64,000 bases of DNA from Camelus ferus. Its lineage: Eukaryota. The translations under genes and the position numbers were made by a program. Shown in pieces: positions 11,961 to 25,629 of the stretch. Numbering within the stretch: position 1 is the stretch's first letter; each line of letters begins with the position of its first letter. Under the pieces are notes generated by a model. The model was not told the DNA's origin. It saw only the letters and a list, made by a program, of their open reading frames with translations, and did not search any database. The stretch spans positions 3,410,001 to 3,474,000 of the forward strand of contig NC_045712.1 in the NCBI RefSeq assembly GCF_009834535.1. The letters are read 5' to 3'.

Positions 11961-13477
11961 GGACTTTGCAACCTGGTGGACTAGGTATGTAGCCTGAAGA
12001 CCATTTGGGTTTGTTTTATACAGCCCTTTTATTTTTATTTTCAAGATTAATTTGAGTTGGTTGGTCATGTTAAAGAATTAGAAGATTTATACACAAAAAA
12101 AGTCAAAAAACTGGGAACCTGGCATGTAGGGCCAGAGCTGGGCACTGGTTAGTGCTTTATTGGGACATGTTTTCTCCAGTCACCAGCAATCCTTATTGTA
12201 TGCAGGAGTCACTATTGCTTTGAAAATGTTTTATTCCTTTGTTAGCTTCTTTGCTCTTCTAGGTAGTTGGGTTTTGTGTTTGCTGTTGAAATTGATTAAG
12301 AGGAAGGATAATAAAAACCGATTTTGTAAAGACTGAATTTTCAGACTACTGGCACCAGTAGCGTTTTTGTTTCTGTTTTTTTTTTTAATTATTGTCAGAG
12401 ACTGAGTCTAGCATTGGTAAGAGAGAACGTTTCCAACGCACCATAAATTGCTCATCAATCTCTTAAACAATCAGCAGAACTTTCACGACGTACCCCTTGC
12501 AGGAGGAGCCTGCTTAGACATTTGGATCTTCTACCTTATTTAGGGGAAAAGATCAGGAAAAGGCATATTTGAGATTCGCTAATTATGATAAACATAACAA
12601 ACATAAATATTTTCTTTGCCAAGAAGCTCACCAAGAAATATATGACTAAGGAAGTATAGAAAAGGTAAAGAATGAGCAGTTAAATAAATCTGTTCAAAAT
12701 TCAGAGTATCGAGTGCTATGTAAATTAATGGAATCAAGACAAATAGCAAGAAAACAAAAACATTAATTAAAGCTCGACTCTACCTACACTGAAGGAGGCA
12801 TATGGGAAGGGACTATTAATGCCATGTAAAACAGTTCACAAGGAAACACTCACAAAAAAATCAATACTGATTTCTCACAAAAAACTAAGTGAATAAAAAA
12901 GATACAGGTACACATCTTAGGTGAGAATTCTGAGTTTTTCAAAACACAATGGAAGAGATTAATGGCTTCCTTGATTTTCGACCCTTTAATTTCTTGATAT
13001 CTACGCAGCATAGTGGGTTACATCAGCACTTTGCTGCAGCCAAATACTGAAAAATTGGTTTAGTCTGATGCTTTAAAGAACATGTTTATCCCAGCATCAT
13101 GAGGAGTTAGAGCCAGAATGTCCCAGTCAAGGACTTTCAGGAAGGACAAGGTGCATGAAAAGACTGAGAAAAGGAACTGAGGCACAGAGCCTGAGGCATT
13201 TGGTGGGGGTGGGGGGGGGGAATTAAGCTTCTGACCAGACGAGGAAGAGAAGTAACATCTCTAAAAGAGATGGCTGGACGCCAACATGTCCATGGTGACC
13301 ATGCTGGGAATCTTACTAAGGCAGAACGTTTCAGATTTGAAGGCAGGGCACTTTAAAGTGTACAAATGAATGGGAGTTTACATTTAGAAAAAACAGAGGA
13401 AGAATGAAAACCAAAATTTAAAGAGTAAATTTGCCCTACGTACTGGAAAAATCAACAAGATAGCTAAAAAACTGAAT

Positions 13478-13745
13478 GGCGTGCAGGTCAAAACTGTGGA
13501 GTCTGGAGTGGGTCGGCTTGAGTTTGAATCTTATTAGCCTTACCACTTCCTGGCTTGGTGACTTTGGCTGAGTTTCTCAACTTCTTGATGCTTCAGTAAT
13601 GATATTAATAACAATAGTCATAAAAGGGAAAATAAACAGCAAATCCTCTTCCTCGTGGTCAAGAAAGAATGAAATAAGGTAAAGCACACCAAGTACTTAG
13701 CATAGTACCTGGCACGGTGTAAGGGACCCACACATATGAGTATGA
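13478..13745 (+). mobile_element. MIR SINE, near full length
   Basis: GGAGTCTGGAG...GAGTTTGAATC...GTGACTTTGGCTGAGTTTCTCAACTTC...CTTAGCATAGTACCTGGCACGGTGTAAG. Confidence 0.75.
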
Positions 13746-16700
13746 CCATTTCTACCTTTAATTATACAACAACTGCAAATAATCTACCATGTCAAGCTGT
13801 CGGTCAATACAGCTGTGGAACTCAGCTAACAGTTCTAAGAGAGCAGTAAGTATTTCTGTCTTGCTTAGGAGTGTATTCCCAGATACTAACACCGAGCTGG
13901 CTCTTTATAAGGTATTCAGTAATATTATTTGAACGAGTCCGTGAATCAAGGAAATGATGATCCAAACTCATTTTTGTTTTGTGTTGTAAAAATGAAAATA
14001 CATTCCAGGTGTCCCTCTTGGACTTGACACACTGAATAACAGAGCAGGTCAACTAGACTCATTTCAAGAAGACGTGGAAAGTTGTCCACCATCCCAACCT
14101 AGAAACCAGCCCTCAGTGCATGTTGGACTTCAGCTGCATCAACACTGAGTTATGTGTGTCAGCTGGCAGGGTCATATCTTCCAGAAAACCAAGAAAGTAA
14201 TAAATAGCATGTTTGAACTTTTAAAAGCCCTTGTCTAGCAGTTGACCATGAATGTATGATAGAAAATTTGTTGTCTGTGCTTTCTGGCTCCTGCTAAACT
14301 ACAGGTGCATTGAAATGAAAAAGAAAATCGGAATCAAAAGATGGGGTGATATCAACAAAGACACTGAAGAGCCACCAGATAAACTTCCATCCACTGACAT
14401 CAAAGTAGGCAATACTCTAGACTCTATTATCAGTTTTACTGCCCAATATCGCTGTGCAATTGAGCACTAGAATGAGCAAAAATAACAACTTTCAAACCAA
14501 ATAATGGCTCAAATGACTCTAAAAGGACTAGACAGACAGGTTAAATATCAGTGTCTAGCGGCAGATACCACACCATGAAAAGAGCCAGCAAAAGACCATC
14601 AGGAGAGTGTGTTCGACAGTGTCAACAAATGCTAGTCACAGTAGCGTGCACTCTTACATTCTATCATTGCCATCTAAAGTGAAGGCCCACTTTTGAATTA
14701 GTGTGAAATACACTGGTATTTTTAAATCAGAAAGTTTTAAAATGGCACTCTACCTGCAAGGCACAACATGAATGATTGCAGGACCAGCAGTTCCCATGGC
14801 AACCTCATCTTCAGTTTCCCAGGTCAAAGGAGTTTCGAGTCCAATAACAATTGAGTAGTCTAGCTGCTTCTTTTAAGTTGTGTTCAACCTTTAATCTGTG
14901 GGAAAGAAGAGACATTACAATGAGATTTAGGAATACTTCTCCTTGTAGTCTCTGCAAATTCATCTTTACTTGAATATAAATAAAAATGACTTCTGGAAAG
15001 CTGCTACTGAAGAAGACACAATGTGTTAAATTGTGAAGATAAAGCAAGTAAGCCTCTTTTCCTTCCTCCAAATAATCCCTGGGCAGAGACTGGAGTGGGT
15101 ATGTGCCTGTGGCTACTGAGTGAAGGTAAGAACAGCTTCTGATTAGGTGTGAACCAACCCGAAGGCAGGGGACTGAACTATTTTTTACAAGTTCTTTTCC
15201 AGTTCCTTAGTCTCCAGGCCCTGTTCTTATTTATTTTCCAGTTAATAATATGCCCCAAATAGTGAATACAGAAGAAATGCCACTGAATGAGATAGGGCTA
15301 GTGGTGGTGGACCTTAAGGAGAAATCCCCAAGTCTTAGAATGGAGTCATGTGAGGGGAAAATAACTACCCCATCAACTCAAACATTTTTTCCCTGTCCTC
15401 CACGTTTCACTCCTAAAATGGAAGAGAAATGTGCGGCCTCACTGCCTACCAGGAGAAGTCCTACCAATTATGAGTAGCTGTCTACTAGGTTCTTGTGGAC
15501 AAATCCAGAGCATGATGAAGAACCGTAATTCCTCCATTAGCCAGGAATCTTAGCACTGGAGAACAGTACAGGAAAGAGAGGCTGCTTGCTCTGTGTACAA
15601 AGTACAATGCAGGTAAGTGAATGGGTGAAGCAGGTATTCACGGGCACACTAGGGAGAATGGGTACATACACCCGGTCTGAGGGGGCAGGTGCTGATGGCC
15701 AACCCGTGGGGCACGGACCCAGGGTTGCAGGAGAACCTACAACTTTCTCAAAAAGAGTTAAAAATGTTATCGTATTCTGGAAAATCTCCCAAGGTTTAAA
15801 CATTGGAAATTGGTTCAAAATATATATTTTTTAAACACTGAGGGAACCAAACAAAGCTAAATTGCCTTCAGGTTCCAAAAGTTTGCAACATTTTCTCAGT
15901 AAAACAACTCACACTGTACTTGCTCTCAACCACGCAGCCCTTCCAGCAGCCATCCTGTGAGCCGGCCCTGAATTTATGCAACTAGGGTGCACCTTTTGCT
16001 TGCCAGACACTAGTGATGCACTGGACCTGCCAAAATGCAGATCCCAGCTCTAGCCTTCAGCATCACCTACTCCAGTGGGGGCAATTACCTGCAATTTCAT
16101 AAATGTGCAACAAAAGTGCATGCTTCAATAAGAAAGAATGCAAATTTTGTAAAGTGCCACAAAATGTACCATCTTGAAGGAAGGAGGAAACTTTCTGGAC
16201 TTCATAAAGGAGATGAACTCCCACTGGGGTTTGAAAGATGAGCAGGATGCTTCTTCTTATGCATCAGTTAATCAAACAAGCAAGAAGTCTAGGGAACCGG
16301 AAGACACACTCTTGTACAGCTGGAGCTGTAACAAATTACATGATCCTGGAGATGCACCCCACCCTGCCTCCCTCTCCAGGTTGTTTCAAGGGAAACTTTC
16401 TGGGTACGTAAATGAAACCGCTTTGAATACTACAGAGCACCATACAAATGCTATGTACTTGTAGCCATGATTTTCTTTTTTTAAGCAGATGATAACCCAG
16501 GGCTTCTCATCTCACTGCCACTTGAAAGGAAAACAGTGAGCAAACACAGGCTTACACAAAAACAGGGACCAACATGAGCTCCTTAATCAAGGGCTCTCAG
16601 CACTCATTTATACCACGTGGTCACTCAGAAGCCTTTCTGTTTACCAGGAAGCTAACAGAAAGTGAAGAACCATCACGAGAGAACGGCACCCTTCTTTTGT

Positions 16701-17829
16701 GCCCTTAAATAGCTCAGTTTCTGATAAAGCTAGACTTGATATGTTGTGAAGACAAAAGGGACTCAACTTCTGATCTGCTGACGTGGCTGAAAAGCAGGCA
16801 GTGTCTCTAACTGGATATGTTCAGATACTCTTCTGACATGCATGCGATTAGGCCATTTTAGATAAACAGGATGTGCTGATCAATGAAAACTATTAATGTC
16901 TTAAGCAAATGATCAGGGTATTAATAATTAATTTTGTAAGGGAAATGTCATCTCAGACCTGGGGATTGATCTATGATGTTAAGCAGTTTCTAGAAGCAAT
17001 TAAAATTAGCTTAGGAAATGTATCCAATTACACAATAAAGATTTAATTCATGATACGATGCTGTTTACGAATGTGTGTGTCCCACTTAGAGCTATAGGTT
17101 TTTAAGGATGAAGGATTTCGAGAACCCGATGGGCATTTATTTACATTCGGGTAGGTAAGGTTCACCTTTGCTAATCAGGAACAATGGGGTCGTTGACAGT
17201 CATTTGTCTGGTGGGCAGCGGTAACTGAGAGCACCAGGTTTTGTGAAGGGAGCTGAAGATTCATGAATCTCAGGTGGGATTGTGGTGTCGGATACAAAGG
17301 TTCCTAATTGCGTTTTTCCTGCCAGAACCAGAAAGCCAGCTGCAGGACGAGGCGAGAGTTACGGCCGTGATAGATCTCCCTGCAGCTCGGAGCTCTCCCT
17401 GCTTTATCCTAAGGTGGCCACAGCAGCACAAGGTAGTGCGCCCGGCACGAACTGTGGGACCTTGACCAAGAATTAGACTCGTAAATCCTGGGGAGGAGGC
17501 CACACAATGAAACAAGGCTGAATTGCTTTCTCTGGCTGAGCCAGAAGGAGATGAATAATTGAGAATTCTACAGTATATCTGGACAGGATGCTCCGCAGAG
17601 CAAAACTCCTCTAGCTTCCAAACCTTCAAACAATTCTTACACCAACAGTCATGCCAAAGAACTCAGTATAAAGTGTTCAAGACAAATCATGATTCAGTTC
17701 TTCCTGCGATGTCCCAGTTTCTACATGCAGGGTCTGATCACGTCATGATGAGTTTTAGCACCTGGCTCAATTAAAATTCTTCTGGTATCCGAATAGCTCT
17801 AACTCAGCTCAACAAGTAAGGAGGCGTGC

Positions 17830-18070
17830 TTACAGCGCAGCAGGGACAGTGCTAGGGGTTGGATGTGCAGAGCGGATGGTGGTAAGAGCCCTATACTCAA
17901 GGAGCGCACTGTTTATTTGCCAAGAAAGGAGATTAAACTGGTCATTATAATTCAGTGCAATTCACTTTCTAAGTCTATTAAGCACAAGGTGCTAAGGATG
18001 CAAAGCAACATAGTCTAAATGAGCCAGGGCAAAGGATAGGGTGGGGGCTTCAGGAATGCTCCCCAAAGGG
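17830..18070 (-). mobile_element. L2 fragment
   Basis: GGACAGTGCTAGGGGTTGGA...CCCTATACTCAAGGAGCGCACTGT...GGGCTTCAGGAATGCTCCCC. Confidence 0.55.
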
Positions 18071-18939
18071 GCTAACAGTTTGGACTGTCTTAAAGGATAA
18101 ATGAGAGGGAGAAAGGAAATTCTAACCCAAGTGACAAGGACACGAAACAGGCATGACACTGAGAACTCAGAGATAGTACAAGTTACTGCAACGCACTATA
18201 ATGAAAAAAAACAAAGTGGGCCGACTCACGCCTGTGCTCTAATCTTGGCCCCACCATTCTCCAGCCATGTGGTTCATCTGTAAAATAAAGACAGAACACC
18301 CACCTTCCAGGCTTACTGTCAGGATGAGTGAGAATGTATGGAAGGCACTGAAGACAGATCTGTGACACTTAGTAGCTACTCTTGTCGAAGACAGCACAGC
18401 ACTGGCAAAGTCAGGGGTGTGATTCCCAAACAGCCTTGAATGTATATTAAAGAGTTTGGACTTGAATCTGGAAGGTGGGGACAACTTTAAACAGGGGGAG
18501 GTCCTGAACCAACTTGGTTTGCCTGTATGGGGATCTGCTTTACATGCAATCCCCAGAAGCACAGAATCTCTTCTTCCCCCAACCTTTGCTTTTCTCCTCT
18601 GGTCAACCGGGGAACTAGATCTCTAACTACGAAGTATATTTCCAACATATACAACACGTTCTTTCAAAACTTCATGGCAGCAAGACAAGAGTGGAGAAAA
18701 CACTAAACTTGGAATTTCAGTTACTTCTTCCTGGTTTTCCCACTAGCGATCAACTTTCGGGAAGCCGTGGAAGCTTTGTAAACAAATCTCCTTGTCTGTA
18801 GTTTGGGAATCACATCATATACCCTATCTTTCTCGTAAGTGTGTTGTAAAGGCCAACGGGTATATGTTTTGAAAGTGAATATTATTTAGACTCAGATTTA
18901 AGTCCCTTCCTAGATATTAAACCTTATAAACATAGGAAT

Positions 18940-19035
18940 ATTTGTTTTATTCGTTGGTATTGAAGAGGCACATGGAATAGTAAGTACGGGACACAGAGTA
19001 GGCAGTCAATAAACAGCGTGTAAATGAAAGAATAC
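18940..19035 (+). mobile_element. L2 3' terminus
   Basis: GGACACAGAGTAGGCAGTCAATAAACAGCGTGTAAATGAAAGAAT. Confidence 0.55.
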
Positions 19036-19039
19036 ATTC

Positions 19040-19270
19040 AGCTAACACCGTTCATGGACGTACTACGTGCTTTTACATTCCCTCCTTATTTAATCCTCAT
19101 AACAACCCTGGAGGTCAGGCATCACTAATCCTCTATAAAATTATAGTCTTGGAAACTAGACTATGAGAGGCCATAGAACTTGTTCAAGGACAAATGTCCA
19201 GAAGTCCACAGAGGCAGTATTCAAATCTGTGTCTTCATACTGCAAGCACTGTGTTCTTTTCTACCACAGT
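19040..19270 (-). mobile_element. MIR SINE
   Basis: ATTTAATCCTCATAACAACCCTGGAGGT...GGAAACTAGAC...AACTTGTTCAAGG...GGCAGTATTCAAATC. Confidence 0.75.
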
Positions 19271-21964
19271 GACAGAAATGTAAATAAAGCAGTGTGTCTT
19301 TTACAGGGTGACATAAAATTCTGATGATGACTCTTCTGACTCTGCTTTTCATGTTGTTCTTCTGCAGCAAAGAAGCCAGGTGCCAGTGAGCAGAAGTGCA
19401 GAATCTGTGTAATATCCATAACACAAAGGACAGCATGGGCTTCAGAGCTGAGACCTTGTCAGAAGGCTACATCTCACTGGCGTGAACTCAGGCGCATTCT
19501 TGTGATAGCACAACTGTGAGTAAGTTTCTTTCCCTCTTACTGTAAGGACAGCAGGAACCATTTATTTTCTTACTAATTATTATTTAGAATGTGGCCGTTC
19601 TTAAGGCCGGAATTTTTAAAAGGAGCACCCACAGTTCCCAGTTGTATGGCTGAGCATTTTCTGACTCTACATTTAACTAATGAGAGGTACGGTCAATCAC
19701 AACGGCAAGGAAGTGGTGAAGAGAACTGAAAACAGGAGAGAAATTCAGCTTCTGCAGAAACCAACATGTCAATCATTTCAAGGGAAAATGGCATATACTC
19801 AAATCTTAATGTTCCATCAGTCAACAGAGATTTCTTGAGTGTCCATTATTCAAATGGTAATATGCAGATACCAAGAGGTCAAGGTCTCTGCCCACAAGGG
19901 CATGACAACTCAGCTTGGTAGAAAAGATTACTGGCTGTATGAGTTAGCTTACATGTCAAGTGAGTGGGACAAATAGTCTGTACTCTCTACCCTTATGGTA
20001 GCTGGCCTACGGTTCTTCTTGGATAATGAAAATTCATATCCTATCAAATTAGCTTAACAGATTTCTCCCTGTATCAGCTTTTTACTCTATCTACCAGAAG
20101 AAACACACTTCCATGTCTGTGTCCCTGAAGTCTTCCCTGCTTCTGTGGAGACAGGAATAGGTGGTCTAATAGAAGTGGTGAGAAAATGTGAGTCGCCTGG
20201 TTTCTCTTTGGATTGCTTGTCACAAGCATCTAAAAGTAGGAAGGGGACAAAGCAAAGAAGAGAAGATAAAAGGCCCTGGATGATACAGTTTGAAAGCTGC
20301 ATCTATTAACCAAGAGGTAGGCATGCATGAGATGGAATCCCTTCGATAGCGGTACTCACCTACTCAATGGCTGTTTCGGACTCTATTTCGATCACAAGAT
20401 CACATTACAGAGAACTCTGAGGAATTACAGAGGGTCAGCTAAGGTGGAACATTTCCCTCATTTTTAAAGGCTTTCTAGGCAAAATAGTATCTGCCACTCG
20501 TGGCAATTCTAAGCAGAAATAGAATGATTACATTAGGCAGAAACCCTCTGGAATAAAAGCCAGCTGGGCAATATCTTCTCAATTCAGTCAATGAAGGTAC
20601 CTTTTTAAAATAAATTCCAAGAGCCTAAAGAATTCTATACACTAATTCTGAAAAATCTCTTATTAAACTTTCTTAAAATATATACTCACTATCACTTTCT
20701 CAACACACCTTCTCCTTATAAAAGCTTATTCTACTGTGATGTTAGACCTTTACACTTTGACACTCAGAGAGCATCTCACACAAAACAAAACAAGTAATTC
20801 CAATAATCACAGCGTGGTACTTCAAAAGATCGTTGAATTGAGATTCAGAATAATGGGGATCTTAGCTCAGTGCTGTTGTTTACTTGCTGGGCAAGTTTTT
20901 TTCACCAGTAAAACAAGGGTTTGGATCAGGTTTTTCTAAGAGTTCTTGAAGCCCCGATGCACCACTGTATCAGAGAAAGATTTAATTTGTCAAATGAATG
21001 GTAGTCACCATGCTTTGTTATCACCAAGTAGACATCTCACAATTTCTCAGATTCTATTATCTTCCCACCTGTCAGAGTTGTTTAAGATACACTGTGTTTA
21101 AGTTCTATGTATGGTGCTGTTACTGCAAATTTAATCACAAGACACAAATACATAGTCACTATTCACAGTCTCCACTAAGTAATCACTGACTGTACTACTT
21201 TCTGAAGTTGTACTTAATTTTTACTTTTATTACAGTAATACATAAACATAGCTGAAATAGTTCTACTCCCCTGAGAGAACTGCTTCCCAGGGAAAAATAA
21301 GTTGTCTCTCTGATATGTGTCTCAGTCTTGATAAAAAGTGCTTATCCCACCATTTCTTGATTTGGGGATCATTATGTATTGCAATTTCTTTCATAGACAA
21401 TGATATTTCAGTTTCCTTAGATACTCTCTCCCCATGACAGGCACACATACACAAACAGACACATACATACCTCATTCCACTGTTGTCCAAATTTACTACC
21501 ACTTAACTTTTGGTTAATAATTTTCAACTGAGCCCCAGAGTATAATGCTTATATTTCCTTTCTATAATAGTTGGGTTTTTGAAGAGTTAATAATTTCCTC
21601 TTTATTTGCTTAGGTTTCTAAGTAAATTTACCATTTATCCCAAACATTTACCATTATCTAATGCTTTCATTAGGTTCAAACACAACTTGTGGCCCATCAG
21701 TTTTAATAAATTTTTAGGACATGTAGATACTAAATACTTTTACAGTTCAGCTGAAAACAAACATGTCTTGCATTCAAAGATATAATTATATATATGTCAC
21801 GTACATAATGCAATTATCCATATATATGAAGCTTGTATGTTTGTGAAAATTTCCAGTACAACATATGAAATTGAAAAACATAAAAGAATATGTGATTAAA
21901 CTATGAAACAATGCTAGAGGCGATGTAATGATAGAATGTAATACAAATAACTGAGGAATAATAA

Positions 21965-22335
21965 ATAATAGATATCACTTACAAAGCACTTACTATGTAG
22001 CAGTCTCTTATTAGTTTATTAGCTCATATAATCTTTAAAACAACCTTTTAAAGTAGACTACAATATTATTTCCCTTTTAAGGGTTAAGAACATTGTCTTC
22101 AGTTGGAGCTGGTAACTAACAGGGACAGACATAAACTCTGTTTTCCCCACAAGTTTATTGAAGCGTATCTTACACACACTAAGACGCATTCTTTTCAGTG
22201 TAAAGTTTAATGAGATTTCAAAAACTTATGCAGTCATACCACTACTACCACCATCAGGATGCAGAATATTTCCATCACCCCCAAAATCAACCCTGAAAGT
22301 CTGACTTTAGAGGCCAGATGTTTAACCACTCTACT
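21965..22335 (-). mobile_element. MIR split by an L1 fragment
   Basis: MIR reverse complement (AGCACTTACTATGT...ACAACCTT) up to 22140 resumes at about 22289 (TCTGACTTTAGAGGCCAGATGTTTAACCACT). Confidence 0.65.
22141..22288 (-). mobile_element. L1M 3' terminal fragment inserted in MIR
   Basis: TTTATTGAAGCGTATCTTACAC...CAGAATATTTCCATCACCCCCAAAA; flanked by AACTCTG/AACCCTG. Confidence 0.7.
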
Positions 22336-22699
22336 GAAAATTTCCCAAACAGTTATAACATAAGCTTATTAGAATAACTGGCAACTGCAGGACGTATAAA
22401 ATATACTGGTGTTTTCCTCTTATTTAGGTTGCTTCTCAGTTACTCCACCCCGCTGTTAGAATGTCACTTGCATGTTAGTCCACTCAGTACAACAGAAACA
22501 GGAACAAAAGTAGATCATAGCAGAAGACACGAAAAGACACAGCACCTCCCCTTTCCCAGGCCCAGGGAAGCAATGCTAACTGAGCATGGCACTCTTCCCT
22601 GCTTAGACCACAGGCAGTCCCAGAGTCTTCTCCACATAGCCTTTCAAGTAGACATGACAAAATCAATATGGTTTGCAAGTAAAATAAAAATGTCTTTGC

Positions 22700-22860
22700 C
22701 TTCCCTACGGTAGTTGAAAACCTTGGCTTTAAAATTACACAAGCCAGGTTCAAATCCCAACTCTACCATTTAACTGTTGACCTTGGGCAAGTCATTTAAC
22801 CTCTGTTAGCCTCACTTTTCTCTTTGACAAAGTGACAGTGATGATTCAAGAGTTGTTGGA
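22700..22860 (+). mobile_element. MIR SINE
   Basis: GGTTCAAATCCCAACTCTACCATTTAACTGTTGACCTTGGGCAAGTCATTTAACCTCTG, well preserved MIR core. Confidence 0.88.
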
Positions 22861-23649
22861 AGGGATGTAAGAACAAATCTTTGGAGTTGGATTCTGCTAA
22901 AAAAAGGTGAGCCTGGCTTTGAGTAGGTACACTTATCAGGAAAAGAAGATGGACAAGCAGTGGAAGCATCTGGTTTTAGGAGACGTGGATGCAGGGAGCT
23001 CACTGTGCCAAAGGGGAAAGACCCATGACCCATCATAGTCTTTCCTGAGCATCAGAGAAGAATACATGGACGTGGCTTGGGGAAAATGACACTTCCCAGA
23101 GACTCCAGTCTTGGTCGTGCTCTCTGGGTACTGGGAAGTAAACTTCGCCAACTTTCTTAAGGCTCCTACCAATAGGGTAGGAAGGAAGGGTTTCTTAGCA
23201 ATCATCTCACGTTTGTTTTCCTTCTGCCCACCGGTGTGCTGCAGAGTGCCAATTCTGCTAAACTCCCCAATAAATCACTGTTAATGAAGCATGTTGCACA
23301 TACAGACAGCAACAGGCATTTTTTAATCACCTAAACCAAAGAAGAGCTAAAGGTAAGCACAAAACACTCTAATACCTAATATATTAGGTGTCAGATTTAA
23401 AGTGGCAAGAACCGTACAACTTTCAGAGCTTTTACTTGGATGCACTTGGTGGGAAGTAAAGCTTACCAGTATATTCATCATTATGCACAGCTTGCCGACT
23501 GCTTGGACAGCCAAATCAGATAGCTGGGAGCCTAAAAGAGAGTCTGGATCTCCTTAATCCAAAGGAAAAAATAAGATTACAAACATAAATGCACCGATTC
23601 TGATAGGCTCTCAAGATGAACAGGCTAAAGTCTTTTCTCCTCCACCCTT

Positions 23650-23760
23650 TATTCACAACTTATTAACTAACTTTCTACTAACTGACACGCCACGTGACAC
23701 AGCAACGAGTCAGACAGACACTGTCTGCCCTCATGGAGCCTATTTTATCCTGCTGGGGGG
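23650..23760 (-). mobile_element. L2 3' end fragment
   Basis: CAGACAGACACTGTCTGCCCTCATGGAGCCTA. Confidence 0.6.
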
Positions 23761-23814
23761 GTGAGTGACCTGGTACTCTGAGGCGCTGGAACAGGGGACA
23801 ACCAGGAAAGCACG

Positions 23815-24020
23815 CCAGTAGGAGTAAGAGTGAATGTGATCTTTGGAAGCAGACCTAACTTCAAATCTTGCTTTTCCATGTCCAATGCCTGAATTGCTTT
23901 GAAAAAGTTATTTCAGATGCTCCCATTTTTCATCTATAAAGTGGAGACTCTGCCACTTACTTCAGAAGTGTACAGAGAAGAAGGTGAGCTAATAATGCAT
24001 GTCCAACGCTTAGCACTATA
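23815..24020 (+). mobile_element. MIR SINE
   Basis: CAGACCTAACTTCAAATC...CCCATTTTTCATCTATAAAGTGGAG...CGCTTAGCAC. Confidence 0.6.
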
Positions 24021-24229
24021 ACACGACCACAGCATGGACTTTGTCTTCCCTGGGGGAAACTTGGAAGCCTCTCTTATGGTAGGAGGAAAAGTGGGGACAT
24101 GAAACTATCCTTCTCTTTAGTGAAATGCTAACACAGGGTTTGTATTCATAGCCTGCCACCTCCTGCAATGGTGAACAAACTGTACCTTCTAGATCCTGTG
24201 CTATCATTTATAGAAATGAATATATTGGA

Positions 24230-24345
24230 ACATTCGTCTAAATAATACTTGTTGAATAACCACAGTATGTCAGGCACTGTGCTAGGCACTGGATGTCATG
24301 GTAAAGTTGACCAAGTCCTGTCACCATGGGGCTTACCTTCTAGTG
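24230..24345 (-). mobile_element. L2 3' end fragment
   Basis: TATGTCAGGCACTGTGCTAGGCACTGGA...CATGGGGCTTACCTTCTAGTG. Confidence 0.75.
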
Positions 24346-24659
24346 CATGTTCTAGGTTATTTGCCCGTGGAACTCAATTTCTGGGAGAATAAGCTGAGCT
24401 CCTACGCACAGCTCGGTGTCACTGTCCTCCAGGCTTGGACTGCACGCCGATGACAGGACGTTTCCAGATCATCTGACAAACTCATCTGAATTCTTATTTG
24501 GTATCGAGTAGTTTTCCAGAACTTCGCTGCATATTATACAAAACTATTTAAGTGAGTGGTCACCCCATTTTCTTGATTTTTGGACCCAGAGCTGTATGTG
24601 AGGCATGAAGATGATAGAGAGATAAAGTGATGAGCTTTTTTGTTGTTGTTATTTTTTTT

Positions 24660-24800
24660 TTTTTTGAGTATTTACCCTATCAGTTACTATCCAAAGATTT
24701 TATATACGTTATCTCATCCTCACAATAAACTGAGGAGGTAGGTATATAGTTACTCCCATTTGTCAGAGAAGAAAATGAAGCTTGGAGAGGCAAGTGAGTC
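24660..24800 (-). mobile_element. MIR SINE
   Basis: ATCTCATCCTCACAATAAACTGAGGAGGTAGGT...CCCATTTGTCAGAGAAGAAAATGAAGCTTGGAGAGG. Confidence 0.7.
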
Positions 24801-25629
24801 ACCTATTCCTTTGGTATCTCTCCCACGGCTTCCTTCTAGACCTGTCAGCAGTCAATTTCCTGTCAGCATACTGTCAGGACAACAGCACTGACATTCCAAA
24901 AGAAAAACAGAGTAGACAGCTGGTAAACCTCCACGTGAAGCCTGCCTTTCCCTGTATGGGTGAGGGTGCTTCATTGTCAGATGCAAAATAATGAAACTGA
25001 ATTACTGCACGTGAACCCTGAATCATTAGCATGCCAAGGGACAGTTTTCCTCCTTGCAAGAACAGCAGAAGTGGCCAATGTGACAGTTTAAAAACCATTT
25101 TTTTTGTTACCCTTATCAATGAGTAGTTATCCATCTAGTTAAACAGCCAAAATAGGTAGAAAGTAGTAAACATGCTCTTTGTGTAGCCAGGCTGACTGAG
25201 GCCACACTGAGCAAACACGAGTTGGTTCTCAGGGAACCAGATTTCAGGCCTGGCCTGTCACATATATAACAGATGTCCCTGAAGTTCTGGGTGTGAAATG
25301 AGCACATGCTGCCAATCTACTTTTAACCATTCTATTTATGTTCTTATTTAAAATGCGACACAGTGATCATTTCCAGTTATAAAGTGGCTTTTATCTGAGA
25401 GTCTCCAAAGGACAGTGTATTAATGCTTACATTACTGTTGGGGATGAGGTTAGGTTCCAGTCTTATAATTTTTATGCCGGGAAACTGAGGCATAAAAGAG
25501 TACAGTGAGTATACGATATTTAGTAAATGAAGAAGAAATAGATGTGTCTTTGTCTAAGGATAATGCCGGAGGGAAAGTGTAATTTTACAGGGAGGAAACT
25601 TGGCCAACTCCCTCTTAACCAAGGGATAG

